Virus record (IMG/VR): IMGVR_UViG_3300015360_000023
Location: 1-64,000 of that record
Source: a virus
Lineage: Duplodnaviria; Caudoviricetes
Reading direction: 5' to 3' (one strand)
Length of the DNA: 64,000 bases
The position numbers and the translations under genes are program-made. Numbering within the stretch: the first letter of the stretch is position 1; the number at the start of each line of letters is the position of its first letter. Positions 38,888-49,133 of the stretch are shown here, in pieces. The notes below the pieces were generated by a model, which saw only the letters and a program-made list of their open reading frames with translations, made no database searches and was not told the DNA's origin.

Positions 38888-39640
38888 ATGAGCAGCGAAA
38901 GTGAATTTGGATATTCATTAAAATATAACACACATTTTATTGTAAGGAATATTACGGGGACACCTGCATCTATGCTTCATCTACAGGGAGATAATCCCGC
39001 TATTCCGGAACCATATAGATCTGCTATTCATTATTTATCTCCTAAAAAAGCAGTAAGTATTTTTAATTATCCTATTAACCCAGGGCAGACTAGGGATTTA
39101 TTACAGATTCCTGGAATTCAAGAATCTGATATTAGAGCGTCTCTTCTTAAAGGCGTAATAAGACACAAACTTTTATGTGGAGACATTGAGTTAGTATCTA
39201 GTAATATTGATCTTCTTCAAGCTAGCCCAGAACAGCGCGACTGGCTTCATAGTTTTGGATTTGATGACGGTGTAATGGTCAAGTGCGATCAATTACATGA
39301 AGATGTATTTACGTGTATCGATGGCTACATCACAGCAAATCATCCAGGTGGTGGCGGGACTCTTTATTATTTATGGAGACAAGAAATTCCATTAATTGGA
39401 TTAAGAAATGGCATTAATAGAACATTCTTTACACCAGATAAGTTTCTTAATGGCTTAACACTAGCTGGAGATCGTTTTCATATTCAAATAAAGCATAATG
39501 GTAAAGATTTATATGAGGGAATTGATTATACTATCAGTGAGTCTTCTGGTCCTGGAACTGGGTATGACACAATCAATATGATCTCTCTAACGCCAGTCGG
39601 CCATAGTTTATTGTTTGCTACATATGCCATAACTGCATAA
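38888..39640 (+). CDS. Hypothetical virion protein
   Basis: 250 aa. N-terminal FIVRNIT...SLLKG domain resembles 50523. Beta-rich C-terminus (GLRNGINRTFF...DYTISES). Confidence 0.6.
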   Translation: MSSESEFGYSLKYNTHFIVRNITGTPASMLHLQGDNPAIPEPYRSAIHYLSPKKAVSIFNYPINPGQTRDLLQIPGIQESDIRASLLKGVIRHKLLCGDIELVSSNIDLLQASPEQRDWLHSFGFDDGVMVKCDQLHEDVFTCIDGYITANHPGGGGTLYYLWRQEIPLIGLRNGINRTFFTPDKFLNGLTLAGDRFHIQIKHNGKDLYEGIDYTISESSGPGTGYDTINMISLTPVGHSLLFATYAITA

Positions 39641-39738
39641 TTAGGCAATCAATTTGTAAGAATAATATAATAATTAGGTATAGTAGTACATAATTAAGAA
39701 GATTTGATGTAAGTCAACCTCGTAAATAGGATACAACA

Positions 39739-41235
39739 ATGGTTTCAACTCGTTTAAATGCATTGGACCAAGCGCTAGATATCGCTGGTTCACTTACTCA
39801 AAGCGCTACCGCTACGTTAGCTAACGAACCTCTTGGTTTGGGAGCTGCTCTTTCCGGTCAAACTGGCGCAACTGCCTCCATCACCACCTTCTCCGGTGGT
39901 TTGGTTACTTTCACTGGTCTAACTGGTATGACCGCTGCTTCCAGAGGTAATTTCCTTACCGTTACTGGTGCGGCTTCTGCTGGCAACAATGGTACTTTCT
40001 TAATCGCTGAATTCGTTTCAGCAACCTCTGTCCGTGTTGCTAACGCATCCGGTGTTGCTTCCGATGCAAACAGCGGCGCCATCTCTTGGACCGAAAGACA
40101 ACCATACGCTCTAGAAGACGACCTAAACTTTGTTCGTACTGACCGTGCAGCAATCAAGGGTGTCGCATTCTCCGCAGCTATTCCAACTTATCAGCGTCCA
40201 ACCGCAGTTGGTACTAACGTTCCAGCTAACTTATCCAACATCGCAAGCAAGACTTTAGATGCGCACGCATGGGTTATCAATAGAAAGTTCCCTGCTGCAA
40301 CTGTTGCTTCTACTGATACTTTTGATACTATCACTAGCGGCGGCAACTTAAAGCATGCTGATGCAACTAATAGAACTGGTGTTCCTATCCAGGACGGTGC
40401 AGACGCAGGCGCTCACGAAGCTACTTACGTAGAAATCATCAATCCAGCAACTGAAGCAGCCCTTCAAATTGTTGGTGGTGCTAATGACGGTTACAGAATC
40501 TTCGGTCGTACCAGAGCAGGAGCATCTACCTCTCCAAACAGCGTAGAAATTGAATTTAGAGCAGTTCCACCAGGTTCTCCTCTATCTGCCTCTATTGCTT
40601 ATACTTGGGAAGCTTATCAACCAACTACAGTTGACTATTACTACGGTTTCCGTGAGAGAGCAGACCAACTAACTGAAACTTCATTTAGAACTGTATTGAG
40701 CAACGGTATCGTTGGTGATGCGGACATGCAACAAGATATTAACGACATTCGTACCACCGTTGGTATTGGTGATAACGTTACTAGCTTGGCTGGCCTTCTA
40801 ACTAACACGGGTAACTTCTTCCCATTCGTCAACTTACCAGACGGCACTCCATCAGTTGTTGAAGCTTTCAACACTCTTAATGCTCAGATTGGTAACCGTG
40901 ACTACACTGGTGCTATTCTTGTAGACGGTCAGACCATCACTGCATCCTTGCAAGCATTATCTAACGCTATCGCTGGTGCAACGGTTGTTCGTACAGTTGA
41001 ACGTCTTGTAGCAGATATTAACGCAGGCACTCCTCATACCATTCCAGGAGCACAGACCTATACTGTTGACGGTTCCTTTAACGGTCAAAACATGTGGGTT
41101 TTCGTTCGCGGAACCTTACAAGATCCTGGCCCAGTTGTTGATTATAATAACTATGAAGAGACCAGTACTACAAGCGTTACTTTCTATGCTAAAGTAAAAG
41201 CTTTCGATCATATTAACTATATGATCTACGCCTGA
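39739..41235 (+). CDS. Abundant structural protein (collar/appendage-like, T/A/G-rich)
   Basis: 498 aa with MCP-like codon bias. TATA-gtagtac-ATA motif at 39679-39692 upstream. Confidence 0.6.
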   Translation: MVSTRLNALDQALDIAGSLTQSATATLANEPLGLGAALSGQTGATASITTFSGGLVTFTGLTGMTAASRGNFLTVTGAASAGNNGTFLIAEFVSATSVRVANASGVASDANSGAISWTERQPYALEDDLNFVRTDRAAIKGVAFSAAIPTYQRPTAVGTNVPANLSNIASKTLDAHAWVINRKFPAATVASTDTFDTITSGGNLKHADATNRTGVPIQDGADAGAHEATYVEIINPATEAALQIVGGANDGYRIFGRTRAGASTSPNSVEIEFRAVPPGSPLSASIAYTWEAYQPTTVDYYYGFRERADQLTETSFRTVLSNGIVGDADMQQDINDIRTTVGIGDNVTSLAGLLTNTGNFFPFVNLPDGTPSVVEAFNTLNAQIGNRDYTGAILVDGQTITASLQALSNAIAGATVVRTVERLVADINAGTPHTIPGAQTYTVDGSFNGQNMWVFVRGTLQDPGPVVDYNNYEETSTTSVTFYAKVKAFDHINYMIYA

Positions 41236-41243
41236 TATAGTAT

Positions 41244-41483
41244 GTGAGTATGGATAAGCCAGATCTCACAATTACACAAGTTGAAGATCCCCTAAACAGG
41301 TGGTGTTCTTCCGGTCATGTCGCTCCCGAAACTTTTAAGTTAGAGGGGCCAGATGGCAAGGAAGGACCCACCCGTTTTTTTAAGATTGGTGGACATGGGA
41401 TAAATGGTATTTATTGTGAGCCTTGCTTATGTGTAGCAAGTCATTTAGGTAAAATTAAAAGGGAAGCTAATAAAGGTAAGTAA
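41244..41483 (+). CDS. Small Cys/His (Zn finger-like) protein
   Basis: WCSSGH...YCEPC. Confidence 0.55.
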   Translation: MSMDKPDLTITQVEDPLNRWCSSGHVAPETFKLEGPDGKEGPTRFFKIGGHGINGIYCEPCLCVASHLGKIKREANKGK

Positions 41484-41485
41484 TC

Positions 41486-41881
41486 ATGACATATTCTGAA
41501 GATATTATTAAGTTACGTAAGAGAGTATTAGATGCTGTTGCAGTTGGTGTAGTTGATTCTAATTTAAAAGATTTTTATGAAGCTACATTGTTGCAAATTA
41601 TGAATGAGTCCGAGAGGCAAAGACAAAACGCTGTAGCTCAAGCTGAGACGCTTAGAAAGCAAGCAGCAGTTTGTGATGGTCAAGCTTCTGGTTATTCAGC
41701 TATGAGCAGTATGGTTTACAATGTATTAAATGCTTACATTGTGCAAGCCGAGCGCACTCAAGCTCAAGAAGCTGAGCAGGCTGCAAAAAGAGCAGAAGAG
41801 CAGGCATTTCAAGCTCCAGAAGTGGAAGTTGAAACTGATCTAGAAACAGAAGAATCTAAAAAGAAAACTAAGAAGAAGTAA
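41486..41881 (+). CDS. Hypothetical coiled-coil protein
   Basis: 131 aa, A/Q/E-rich heptads. Confidence 0.65.
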   Translation: MTYSEDIIKLRKRVLDAVAVGVVDSNLKDFYEATLLQIMNESERQRQNAVAQAETLRKQAAVCDGQASGYSAMSSMVYNVLNAYIVQAERTQAQEAEQAAKRAEEQAFQAPEVEVETDLETEESKKKTKKK

Positions 41882-41906
41882 ATCAATAGTTTTGCATCTA
41901 TAGAGG

Positions 41907-42659
41907 ATGACACTCTCAAAATCAGACTTTAGAGATGCAGATTTAGTTGATTCTCATGAATTAGCTTCTGACGGCTATACGTCTTATAAAACAACTGCCG
42001 TAACTTCGACAACCTCCGGAACAAAAACCGTTGAGGTTTCACCTAGTAGCGATATTTTTGGCTTAATTTTTGATGCAGATGCGCCTGTCTCTGTCGGTGA
42101 TCGTGTACGTTTAGTTGGCACCACAGGTGGTGCCGATGGATATTATACAATTGCATCTGTGGTAGATAATGATACCTTTACAGTATTAGAGAATATCAAT
42201 ACTTCTACTGGTGGTAGTGCCGTGTTTATTTATCGTCCGGGTGCGTCTTTAGTTGGATTTGATCCAACTGGATTAGCTGTAACTACAGCTAAAAATATAC
42301 AAGATGCTCTTAAAGATGTTGCAAATAATGCATCTGGTATTAGTGCTAATGTACATAGAGCATTAAGACAATTAATTCATTTTATTGATGAGGGTCCAGC
42401 CGAAGGATTTGCAACTGGAGCTTATAGAACAATGTTACCTGCATTAAGTCCATTTCCAACATCATTCATTTGGTGGGAGTCAATCGCTCAGACAGAAAAA
42501 ATTGTTGAGAAAACCTATACCTATAACCCAAATAAAACTGTTAGCCAGGTAGTGTGGCAAATGTATGATACAGATGGAGTTACTATATTAGTTACAGTTA
42601 CAGATGTAATTACATATTCAGGTATATTTGAGACGAGTAGAACTAGGAGCATAGTGTAA
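41907..42659 (+). CDS. Hypothetical structural protein
   Basis: 250 aa, T/S/G-rich. VSVGDRVRLVGT...YTIASVVD beta-barrel-like segment. AATA-gttttgc-ATC motif at 41885-41898. Confidence 0.6.
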   Translation: MTLSKSDFRDADLVDSHELASDGYTSYKTTAVTSTTSGTKTVEVSPSSDIFGLIFDADAPVSVGDRVRLVGTTGGADGYYTIASVVDNDTFTVLENINTSTGGSAVFIYRPGASLVGFDPTGLAVTTAKNIQDALKDVANNASGISANVHRALRQLIHFIDEGPAEGFATGAYRTMLPALSPFPTSFIWWESIAQTEKIVEKTYTYNPNKTVSQVVWQMYDTDGVTILVTVTDVITYSGIFETSRTRSIV

Positions 42660-44989
42660 TGGCTAATGAATCACCAGCCTCAATTTTATTTGACCGTGAT
42701 GGCTATGATTTAGCTATTGCGCATGGCGATTCTATTACTGCTGATCAGCCTGGTTTTTTAGCTATTGGTAAGGATGGTTCTACCGCTCGTATTATCACTC
42801 TTGATTCATCCGGACGTTCTGTAGTTGTAGGAGCTGGTTCAGCGGGCTCTCCTGCGGGCGGCTTGATTACCATTCAGGGAGATGCTGCTGGCACACCCCT
42901 TCCTACCTCTATTGCCTCACTACCTTTGCCATCAGGCGCAGCTACTGAAGCAACCCTGGCTACTAGGTTAGCTGAATCTACATTCACTGCTCGCATTAAT
43001 ACTTTGGGTCAGAAGACTATGGCCAATTCAACGCCAGTAGTTTTATCATCTGATCAATCTACCCTTCCAATTAGCGCAGCTTCTTTACCACTTCCTTCTG
43101 GTGCTGCCACCGAAACAACTTTACTTACACTATTAACTGCATCTACTTTTACTACCAGAATTAACACTCTGGGTCAGAAGACGATGGCTAATAGTACTCC
43201 CGTTGTTATTTCTTCCGATCAATCTACAATAACAATTACTGGCGCCGTCACTGTTACCGGAACAGTCACTTCCAATCAAGGAACGCCCGCCGCTTTAGCT
43301 AATGCTTGGCCTATTAAAATAAGCGATGGCTCTAATTATGCTCCTTTAACTAATGCAGCTCCCGTTGGAAACGAACAAGGTTTAGTAGTAAGAAATATTC
43401 CATCTGGAACGCAGGTTATCTCTGGAACTGTTACAGCAACCGTATCTGGAACGGTTACCGCCAATCAAGGTACACCTGCTTCACTAAGCAATCCATGGCC
43501 AGTTCAATTATCGAATGGCACTAATACTCCGATAATTACTAATACTACACCAGGTGGTTCTGATCAAGCTTTGGTTGTAAGAAATATACCGTCTGGTACA
43601 CAAGCTATTTCTGCGGCTTCTCTGCCATTACCAACGGGGGCGGCCACCGAGGCAACATTAGCTACTAGGTTAGCGGAATCTACATTCACTACTCGTATTA
43701 ATACTTTAGGACAAAAGACTATGGCTAATTCTATGCCTGTAGTTATTGCCTCCGATCAAACTACATTGGCTATTACTGGTTCAGTTTCGGCCACTCAAAG
43801 CGGAACTTGGACTGTTCAGCCTGGAAATACAGCGAATACTACTCCGTGGTTAACTACTATTAGTCAAGGAGGTAATGCAGCCACTGTAACTGGCGCTAAT
43901 GCACTTAAGGTAGATGGTAGCTCTGTTACTCAGCCCGTTAGCGGAACTGTTACGGCTAATATTGGCACTTCCGGCTCATTAGCTCTTGATGCATCTATTA
44001 TAGCACAATCACTTATAGATAATAATGCGTTTACTGATGGTGTTACTAGAGTTCAACCAGTTGGATATATTTTTGATGAAGTAGCTGGTACAACTCTTAC
44101 TGAAAATGATGCCGCGGCAGCTAGAATCGATTCTAAACGCGCTCAAATTCAAGTAATTGAAGATGGAACTACTAGAGGCACAAGAGCTACGGTTAAAGCA
44201 GCTAGCACTGCCCCAGTATCTGGTGATACTTCATTAGTTGTCGTATTAAGTCCAAATCAACCACCTATTCTAGTCACAACATCTCCAAGTAGTTCAACTC
44301 CGCTTCTTGCTTTTGGTGATATTGCTTTAGCAGCTATTACAACCGTAGCATTACGTCGTACTACTTATACCGAGCAAAGCGTTAATTTTACTGGATCAAT
44401 TGTTTCATCATCGGCAAATGATTCATCCGCAGGTACAGGCGCACGTACAGTTCGTATTTATTGGATGAATCAGGCAGGCGCCACAACTGGATTTGAAGAT
44501 GTTACTCTTAATGGAGTTACTCCAGTTAATCTAGTTACTTCAACTAAATGTTTTATTGAGGCTATAGAGGTCTTAACAGTTGGTAGTACTAGATCTAATG
44601 CTGGAATTATTACTTTGAAAACGGGCGCGGCAGGAGCTGGCACAACTGTTGGAACTATTGGAGCAACAGATAACATTACATTTTGGGCCCATCATTATGT
44701 GAAATCAGGACTTACCTGTAATGTAACGGGTATCCTTATAGGGTCTAACGTTACAAACAGTTCCGGTTCGTGTATTGGGTCTCTTCGTTCACAAGTATTG
44801 CCTGTTGCAGATCAAGTAGATAAGCAGGTTTCTGACGGAATTACAGTAGCTGGATTAGATAGTTCGGTATATCGTTCTTATGGTTCTCAGATTCAAGTAG
44901 CTGGCCCGGCACGTATTACTTTAATTGTTACCACTGCAACGGGTTCTGCATTTAATTATCGTGGCTCATTTGATGCCTATGAAAGCTAA
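42659..44989 (+). CDS. Fibre/spike-like protein with internal repeats and a C-terminal domain shared with the next two genes
   Basis: LPLPxGAATExTL...RINTLGQKTMANS three times, NQGTPA...WP...VVRNIPSGTQ twice, and C-terminal SSSANDSSAGTGARTV. Confidence 0.7.
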   Translation: MANESPASILFDRDGYDLAIAHGDSITADQPGFLAIGKDGSTARIITLDSSGRSVVVGAGSAGSPAGGLITIQGDAAGTPLPTSIASLPLPSGAATEATLATRLAESTFTARINTLGQKTMANSTPVVLSSDQSTLPISAASLPLPSGAATETTLLTLLTASTFTTRINTLGQKTMANSTPVVISSDQSTITITGAVTVTGTVTSNQGTPAALANAWPIKISDGSNYAPLTNAAPVGNEQGLVVRNIPSGTQVISGTVTATVSGTVTANQGTPASLSNPWPVQLSNGTNTPIITNTTPGGSDQALVVRNIPSGTQAISAASLPLPTGAATEATLATRLAESTFTTRINTLGQKTMANSMPVVIASDQTTLAITGSVSATQSGTWTVQPGNTANTTPWLTTISQGGNAATVTGANALKVDGSSVTQPVSGTVTANIGTSGSLALDASIIAQSLIDNNAFTDGVTRVQPVGYIFDEVAGTTLTENDAAAARIDSKRAQIQVIEDGTTRGTRATVKAASTAPVSGDTSLVVVLSPNQPPILVTTSPSSSTPLLAFGDIALAAITTVALRRTTYTEQSVNFTGSIVSSSANDSSAGTGARTVRIYWMNQAGATTGFEDVTLNGVTPVNLVTSTKCFIEAIEVLTVGSTRSNAGIITLKTGAAGAGTTVGTIGATDNITFWAHHYVKSGLTCNVTGILIGSNVTNSSGSCIGSLRSQVLPVADQVDKQVSDGITVAGLDSSVYRSYGSQIQVAGPARITLIVTTATGSAFNYRGSFDAYES

Positions 44990-44997
44990 GGAATAAT

Positions 44998-45966
44998 ATG
45001 TCACTTACACTAGCACCACAATTTACACAAATAAATTATACTTGGACTAACTGGAAAACTATTCAAGTTTTAAAAACTGGCAATCATCAATATGATGATG
45101 ATAATTCAGTTTATACAATTTATTTTTACGATGGCCCCGAGGTTCATATTTGTACCATATGGAAAGGTACAATTCCAGAAACTATTATTACTAATGGTAC
45201 TTATACTCAAGTTCAAAATAATATTGACAAATCAGATTTTGAAACTAATTTCAAACCTTATGGTAATAAATCGCTTGAACCATCTGCTAATGTTGTTTTA
45301 GGATATGCGACTTCAGTTAATGATGCTCTGACCATTATGCGTGCAACAGCATATGCGCAGCCAAGCACTAACGCTCAACGTTCTTTATTATCGAGTAATG
45401 CTGATGATACTTCGGCTGGCACTGGCGCAAGAACTATTAAGATTACGTATTATGATCAAACATTAGCTGGACCATTTTATGAGATAGCCTCTTTAAATGG
45501 AGTTACTCCAGTAAACACTGTAGCCTCTAATATTTGTTTCATAGAAAAAATAGAAGTTAATACAGTTGGTAATCAGTTAAGTAACGTAGGAACCATAACA
45601 TTAAAAGCGGCCGTCGCAGGCGGCGGAATCACTATTGGTACCATTGCAGCAGGAGACGGAGTTACTTACTGGTGTCATCATTATGTTGGGACTAATAAAA
45701 TCTGTAGAGTGATATCAGTTATTGGGTCCATCGATGGAATAAACAGCGGAGCGTTAGAGGTTCATAAATTGGTACCCACAAGTGTAACAACTCCAGAAAC
45801 AACAATTTCACCTAAACTTAGAATAACACCAAATAATACTGGACAAATAACTTTTGATGTTCCTATTACCGTAGTAGGGCCCGCCTTTATTGCTGTATAT
45901 GGCCGTTCAGATGCAACGTCTGGTAATTTAGATTGGTTTTCTAAAATTGGATTTTATGAGGTATAA
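44998..45966 (+). CDS. Virion appendage-like protein, paralogous C-terminal domain
   Basis: SSNADDTSAGTGARTIKITYYD...NGVTPV...FIEKIE...GTITLKA...WCHHYV. Confidence 0.65.
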   Translation: MSLTLAPQFTQINYTWTNWKTIQVLKTGNHQYDDDNSVYTIYFYDGPEVHICTIWKGTIPETIITNGTYTQVQNNIDKSDFETNFKPYGNKSLEPSANVVLGYATSVNDALTIMRATAYAQPSTNAQRSLLSSNADDTSAGTGARTIKITYYDQTLAGPFYEIASLNGVTPVNTVASNICFIEKIEVNTVGNQLSNVGTITLKAAVAGGGITIGTIAAGDGVTYWCHHYVGTNKICRVISVIGSIDGINSGALEVHKLVPTSVTTPETTISPKLRITPNNTGQITFDVPITVVGPAFIAVYGRSDATSGNLDWFSKIGFYEV

Positions 45967-46785
45967 ATGCCGATAACAGACAGACCAGTAAATAATTCTA
46001 TTCTATATGATGAAAGTGGGAAAGCTATCTTAGTAGACTCTGGTAATGGAGCGCTTATTGTGGGAGGGTTAGAGCATGCTATTGGCGACGGCCTCATTTC
46101 TACTGCTGGCGTATCTAGCGATCATGCTAAAGGTTATGTTGCAACAGCAAGCACATCCATTACAGTTGCAAGAGCCTCTACCTATGTAGAGCCAGCTTCT
46201 GCCTCACAAATGGAAATACTTTCATCCAGCGCAAGCGATTCATCCGCTGGAACCGGAACAAGAACGGTAAGAATTACGTATTATGATGGCTCTTTGAATG
46301 GGCCATTTACAGAAGATAAAACTATGAATGGTGTTGCTGCTGTTACGACAACTGCAACTAATATGAGATTCATAGATAAAATTGAAACACTAAGCGTAGG
46401 ATCTAACGGAACTAATGTTGGAACAATTACTTTAAGGGCAGTAAGTGCAGGGGCTACTGTAGGAACTATTGCTGTTAGCGATGGTATTACTTTTTGGGCA
46501 CACAAATATGTTCCTGTAAATACTAAGTGTTTTATTAAAAGGTGGTTTGTTGGTGTTCTTGGAAATAGCGGCGTAACATTTTTACGCACTAATCAACCAC
46601 TAACAGGAGTTTCTTTTGAGAAACAAATGACTCCATCTGTAAGAGTAACTACTGCGCAGCCATCACAAATTTATGACATGGAACATTTTATCGTACCTGG
46701 TCCAGCTAAGATTAGTGCGTGGGTCAGAGCAGATAGTAACACTGCTGCAACTTGGCATGTTGGATTTTCGTTTTATTGTCTTTGA
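45967..46785 (+). CDS. Virion appendage-like protein, paralogous C-terminal domain
   Basis: SSSASDSSAGTGTRTVRITYYD...NGVAAV...FIDKIE...GTITLRA...WAHKYV. Confidence 0.65.
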   Translation: MPITDRPVNNSILYDESGKAILVDSGNGALIVGGLEHAIGDGLISTAGVSSDHAKGYVATASTSITVARASTYVEPASASQMEILSSSASDSSAGTGTRTVRITYYDGSLNGPFTEDKTMNGVAAVTTTATNMRFIDKIETLSVGSNGTNVGTITLRAVSAGATVGTIAVSDGITFWAHKYVPVNTKCFIKRWFVGVLGNSGVTFLRTNQPLTGVSFEKQMTPSVRVTTAQPSQIYDMEHFIVPGPAKISAWVRADSNTAATWHVGFSFYCL

Positions 46786-46853
46786 GTTCTATTAAAATTT
46801 TGACATGAATGGTGTAAGAACTTAATACTAAACCAATGACAAAAGGAAACACA

Positions 46854-47771
46854 ATGGCAGTTACTCCGTTAACTAATCGTCCAGTTCCACAAAATTCAAA
46901 TGAAAGCCGCGCAATGTTCGTATGGGTAGGCGCAACCGCTGCTCTAGACCCACTAGACACTGATGCAGATCAACAAGCTCTACTTAACTTCTGTGGCACC
47001 AATGGTGTCAACGTACTTTTTCTAGACATTTGGCGCTACCTAGGTGGTGCTAACTGGACTAACGCAAAGCGCGACAGACTTAAGCTTTTCAACGATGCAG
47101 CTCACCGTTCCGGTATCAAGGTCCACGCTCTATGCGGTGATCTTGGTTGGGGAACTCTTCAACAATGGGTTATGAAGAATATCATGAATCCAATCATGGC
47201 ATACAATGCTATGTGCACTAAGACATCTGAACAATTTGATGGTATTTGTTTAGACGTAGAGTATTGGCAAGACGAGGTTGCTTACCCAGCAGCTACTCAC
47301 CTTCCAGGGCTATGCGACCTAATCAAGGCTATGCGTCAACAAGCTGACGGGTCTCTTTCCGTTGGATGTTTCGCAGGGTTCTTCCTTAAGGATAACTCTG
47401 GGGCCCGCGCTCTACTTACTTACAATGGTAAGCTTGCTCAAGACGGCGAACATTTGATGGATGTTTGTGATTTCGTTATTCCAGGAACTTATCGTGATCA
47501 TGCTGCTGATAACGGAACTGATGGTGTTGGACAAATTACTTTGTTCCAGCCATGGTACGATTACGCCTCTACTGAAGGAAAGAATTTTGGACTATACTGT
47601 GGTTCTGAAACCATCAATATTACCCCAACCTACATCACGTACTTCGGTGGAACTAAGGCTGCTATGGAAGCTGAGCACACTTTAGTCTCTAACGCATTTA
47701 AAGTTGAAACTAACTCCGTATTTCTTGGTCAAGCTATCCATAGCTACGATGGTTGGAAAGCAATGTCCTAA
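46854..47771 (+). CDS. TIM-barrel glycoside hydrolase-like protein (GH18-like motif)
   Basis: FDGICLDVEYW resembles the GH18 DxxDxDxE motif. NGVNVLFLD and IKVHAL barrel strands. Start after AAGGA at 46854. Confidence 0.55.
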   Translation: MAVTPLTNRPVPQNSNESRAMFVWVGATAALDPLDTDADQQALLNFCGTNGVNVLFLDIWRYLGGANWTNAKRDRLKLFNDAAHRSGIKVHALCGDLGWGTLQQWVMKNIMNPIMAYNAMCTKTSEQFDGICLDVEYWQDEVAYPAATHLPGLCDLIKAMRQQADGSLSVGCFAGFFLKDNSGARALLTYNGKLAQDGEHLMDVCDFVIPGTYRDHAADNGTDGVGQITLFQPWYDYASTEGKNFGLYCGSETINITPTYITYFGGTKAAMEAEHTLVSNAFKVETNSVFLGQAIHSYDGWKAMS

Positions 47772-47796
47772 TCAAATTAAGTTTCTAGAATGATGA

Positions 47797-47832
47797 GACG
47801 CCCGGTAGAAATACCGGGCGTTTCTATTTGTG
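47797..47832 (+). terminator. Rho-independent terminator
   Basis: gacgcccggta-GAAA-taccgggcgtt followed by tctatttgtg. Confidence 0.85.
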
Positions 47833-47871
47833 TGACTAATTTGATATATCATTAATAGCCAGTGGGGTTTA

Positions 47872-48732
47872 ATGAGAGTATTAGTCTTGAGCGGTGGCGG
47901 GAGTAAAGGTGCTTATCAGGTCGGCGCCCTCAAACACATCATTGGTGAGTTAGGTGTTGTTTATGATGCCTTTTGTGGCGTCTCTGTTGGGGCAATTAAT
48001 TGCGCCTCTTTAGCTATGTTCTCTTCTGGACAAGAGGAGCAATCTATCTCTGTTCTTGCTGATATGTGGGCTAAAATAAATACCTCTCAAATATATAAGA
48101 GGTGGTTTCCATTTGGACGTTGGCATGCACTTTGGAACAAGAGTTTTTTTGATAGTTCTCCTATGCGCAATCTAATTAGAAACAGTTTAGATATTAAAAA
48201 GATTCGAGCTAGCGGTAAACCAATTAACGTTGGTACCGTATCTCTTAGCTCTGGAAAATATACTATTTTTGATCAAACCTCAGATCATTTTATAGATGCC
48301 GTTACCGCCTCAGCCTCCTTTCCTGGCATGTTAACTCCGGTGAAATTCCTGGGCCAATTGTGGACGGATGGAGGGGTAAAAGAAATATCTCCAATCAAGA
48401 AGGCCGTAGAGATGGGGGCGGATGTTATTGATGTCATAATTACGTCTCCACATACACGTGTCAATAGATTTTTGGAAAATCCAACTACGGTTGATATTCT
48501 AAAACGCTCTATTGATCTATCTACAGATAAAATTATGGCAAATGATATTGAGAAAGTTCAAATGCATAATGTGCTAGCTTTAGCAGGTCTGGAAGATAAA
48601 AGGTATGTCAAAATTAATATATTAAGACCAGATTTCAATCTAATTGAAGATCTACTTGATTTCAGACCTGAAAAAATCCAAGAAATGATGGAAAAAGGGT
48701 ATATGGACGCTAAAAACAAATACACAATGTAA
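47872..48732 (+). CDS. Patatin-like phospholipase
   Basis: LVLSGGGSKG (oxyanion loop), CGVSVGA (GxSxG) and WTDGGV (DGG). Confidence 0.92.
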   Translation: MRVLVLSGGGSKGAYQVGALKHIIGELGVVYDAFCGVSVGAINCASLAMFSSGQEEQSISVLADMWAKINTSQIYKRWFPFGRWHALWNKSFFDSSPMRNLIRNSLDIKKIRASGKPINVGTVSLSSGKYTIFDQTSDHFIDAVTASASFPGMLTPVKFLGQLWTDGGVKEISPIKKAVEMGADVIDVIITSPHTRVNRFLENPTTVDILKRSIDLSTDKIMANDIEKVQMHNVLALAGLEDKRYVKINILRPDFNLIEDLLDFRPEKIQEMMEKGYMDAKNKYTM

Positions 48733-48760
48733 TAATTCTACATATCTAGTGGAGATATAA

Positions 48761-49114
48761 ATGGCTTTTAAGAACATCAAGAAAACCCAAGGTAGGGATT
48801 TTAACTTCTGGAATTCAACCGCTGTAAGCTGGGCGCAGTTTGGGGCACCAGATGGCTATACCCTTCTTGATGGCTATGGGCCTGATTTGGTTATTACTTT
48901 TCCAACTCAAGGCATCATGTTCACTAATGAAACTTCAGCAAGCGTTGTAGAGTATTCGTTTAATGGATCTACGATTCATGGAGTTTTGGATGGAACTGCC
49001 GGCAGCACTACTCGCGTAGTTATGTTTGATAATCGTGTAGCTTCTTTGATTTGGTTTAGATTAAAATCAGGCGGCACAGCAACTATAACGACCACCGCGT
49101 GGGGAATACGATAA
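48761..49114 (+). CDS. Small hypothetical beta-rich protein
   Basis: 117 aa with GGAG SD. AATA-attctac-ATA motif at 48731-48744. Confidence 0.65.
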   Translation: MAFKNIKKTQGRDFNFWNSTAVSWAQFGAPDGYTLLDGYGPDLVITFPTQGIMFTNETSASVVEYSFNGSTIHGVLDGTAGSTTRVVMFDNRVASLIWFRLKSGGTATITTTAWGIR

Positions 49115-49133
49115 CTTGATATAGTAAGGTATT

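Noticed and set aside
42900-43760. Diversity-generating retroelement template/variable repeats in the fibre genes
   Set aside because: Differences between repeats look mostly synonymous rather than adenine-specific, and no reverse transcriptase gene was found in the window.
46800-46829. Sigma70 promoter before the GH18-like gene
   Set aside because: TTGACA is present at 46800-46805, but the hexamer at 17-nt spacing (TAATAC) lacks the conserved final T. Too weak to call.
7622-48732. CBASS-like system (nucleotidyltransferase plus patatin/CapV)
   Set aside because: The NTases have class II CCA-family motifs, not CD-NTase/cGAS motifs, and lie 10-40 kb from the patatin in separate transcription units.
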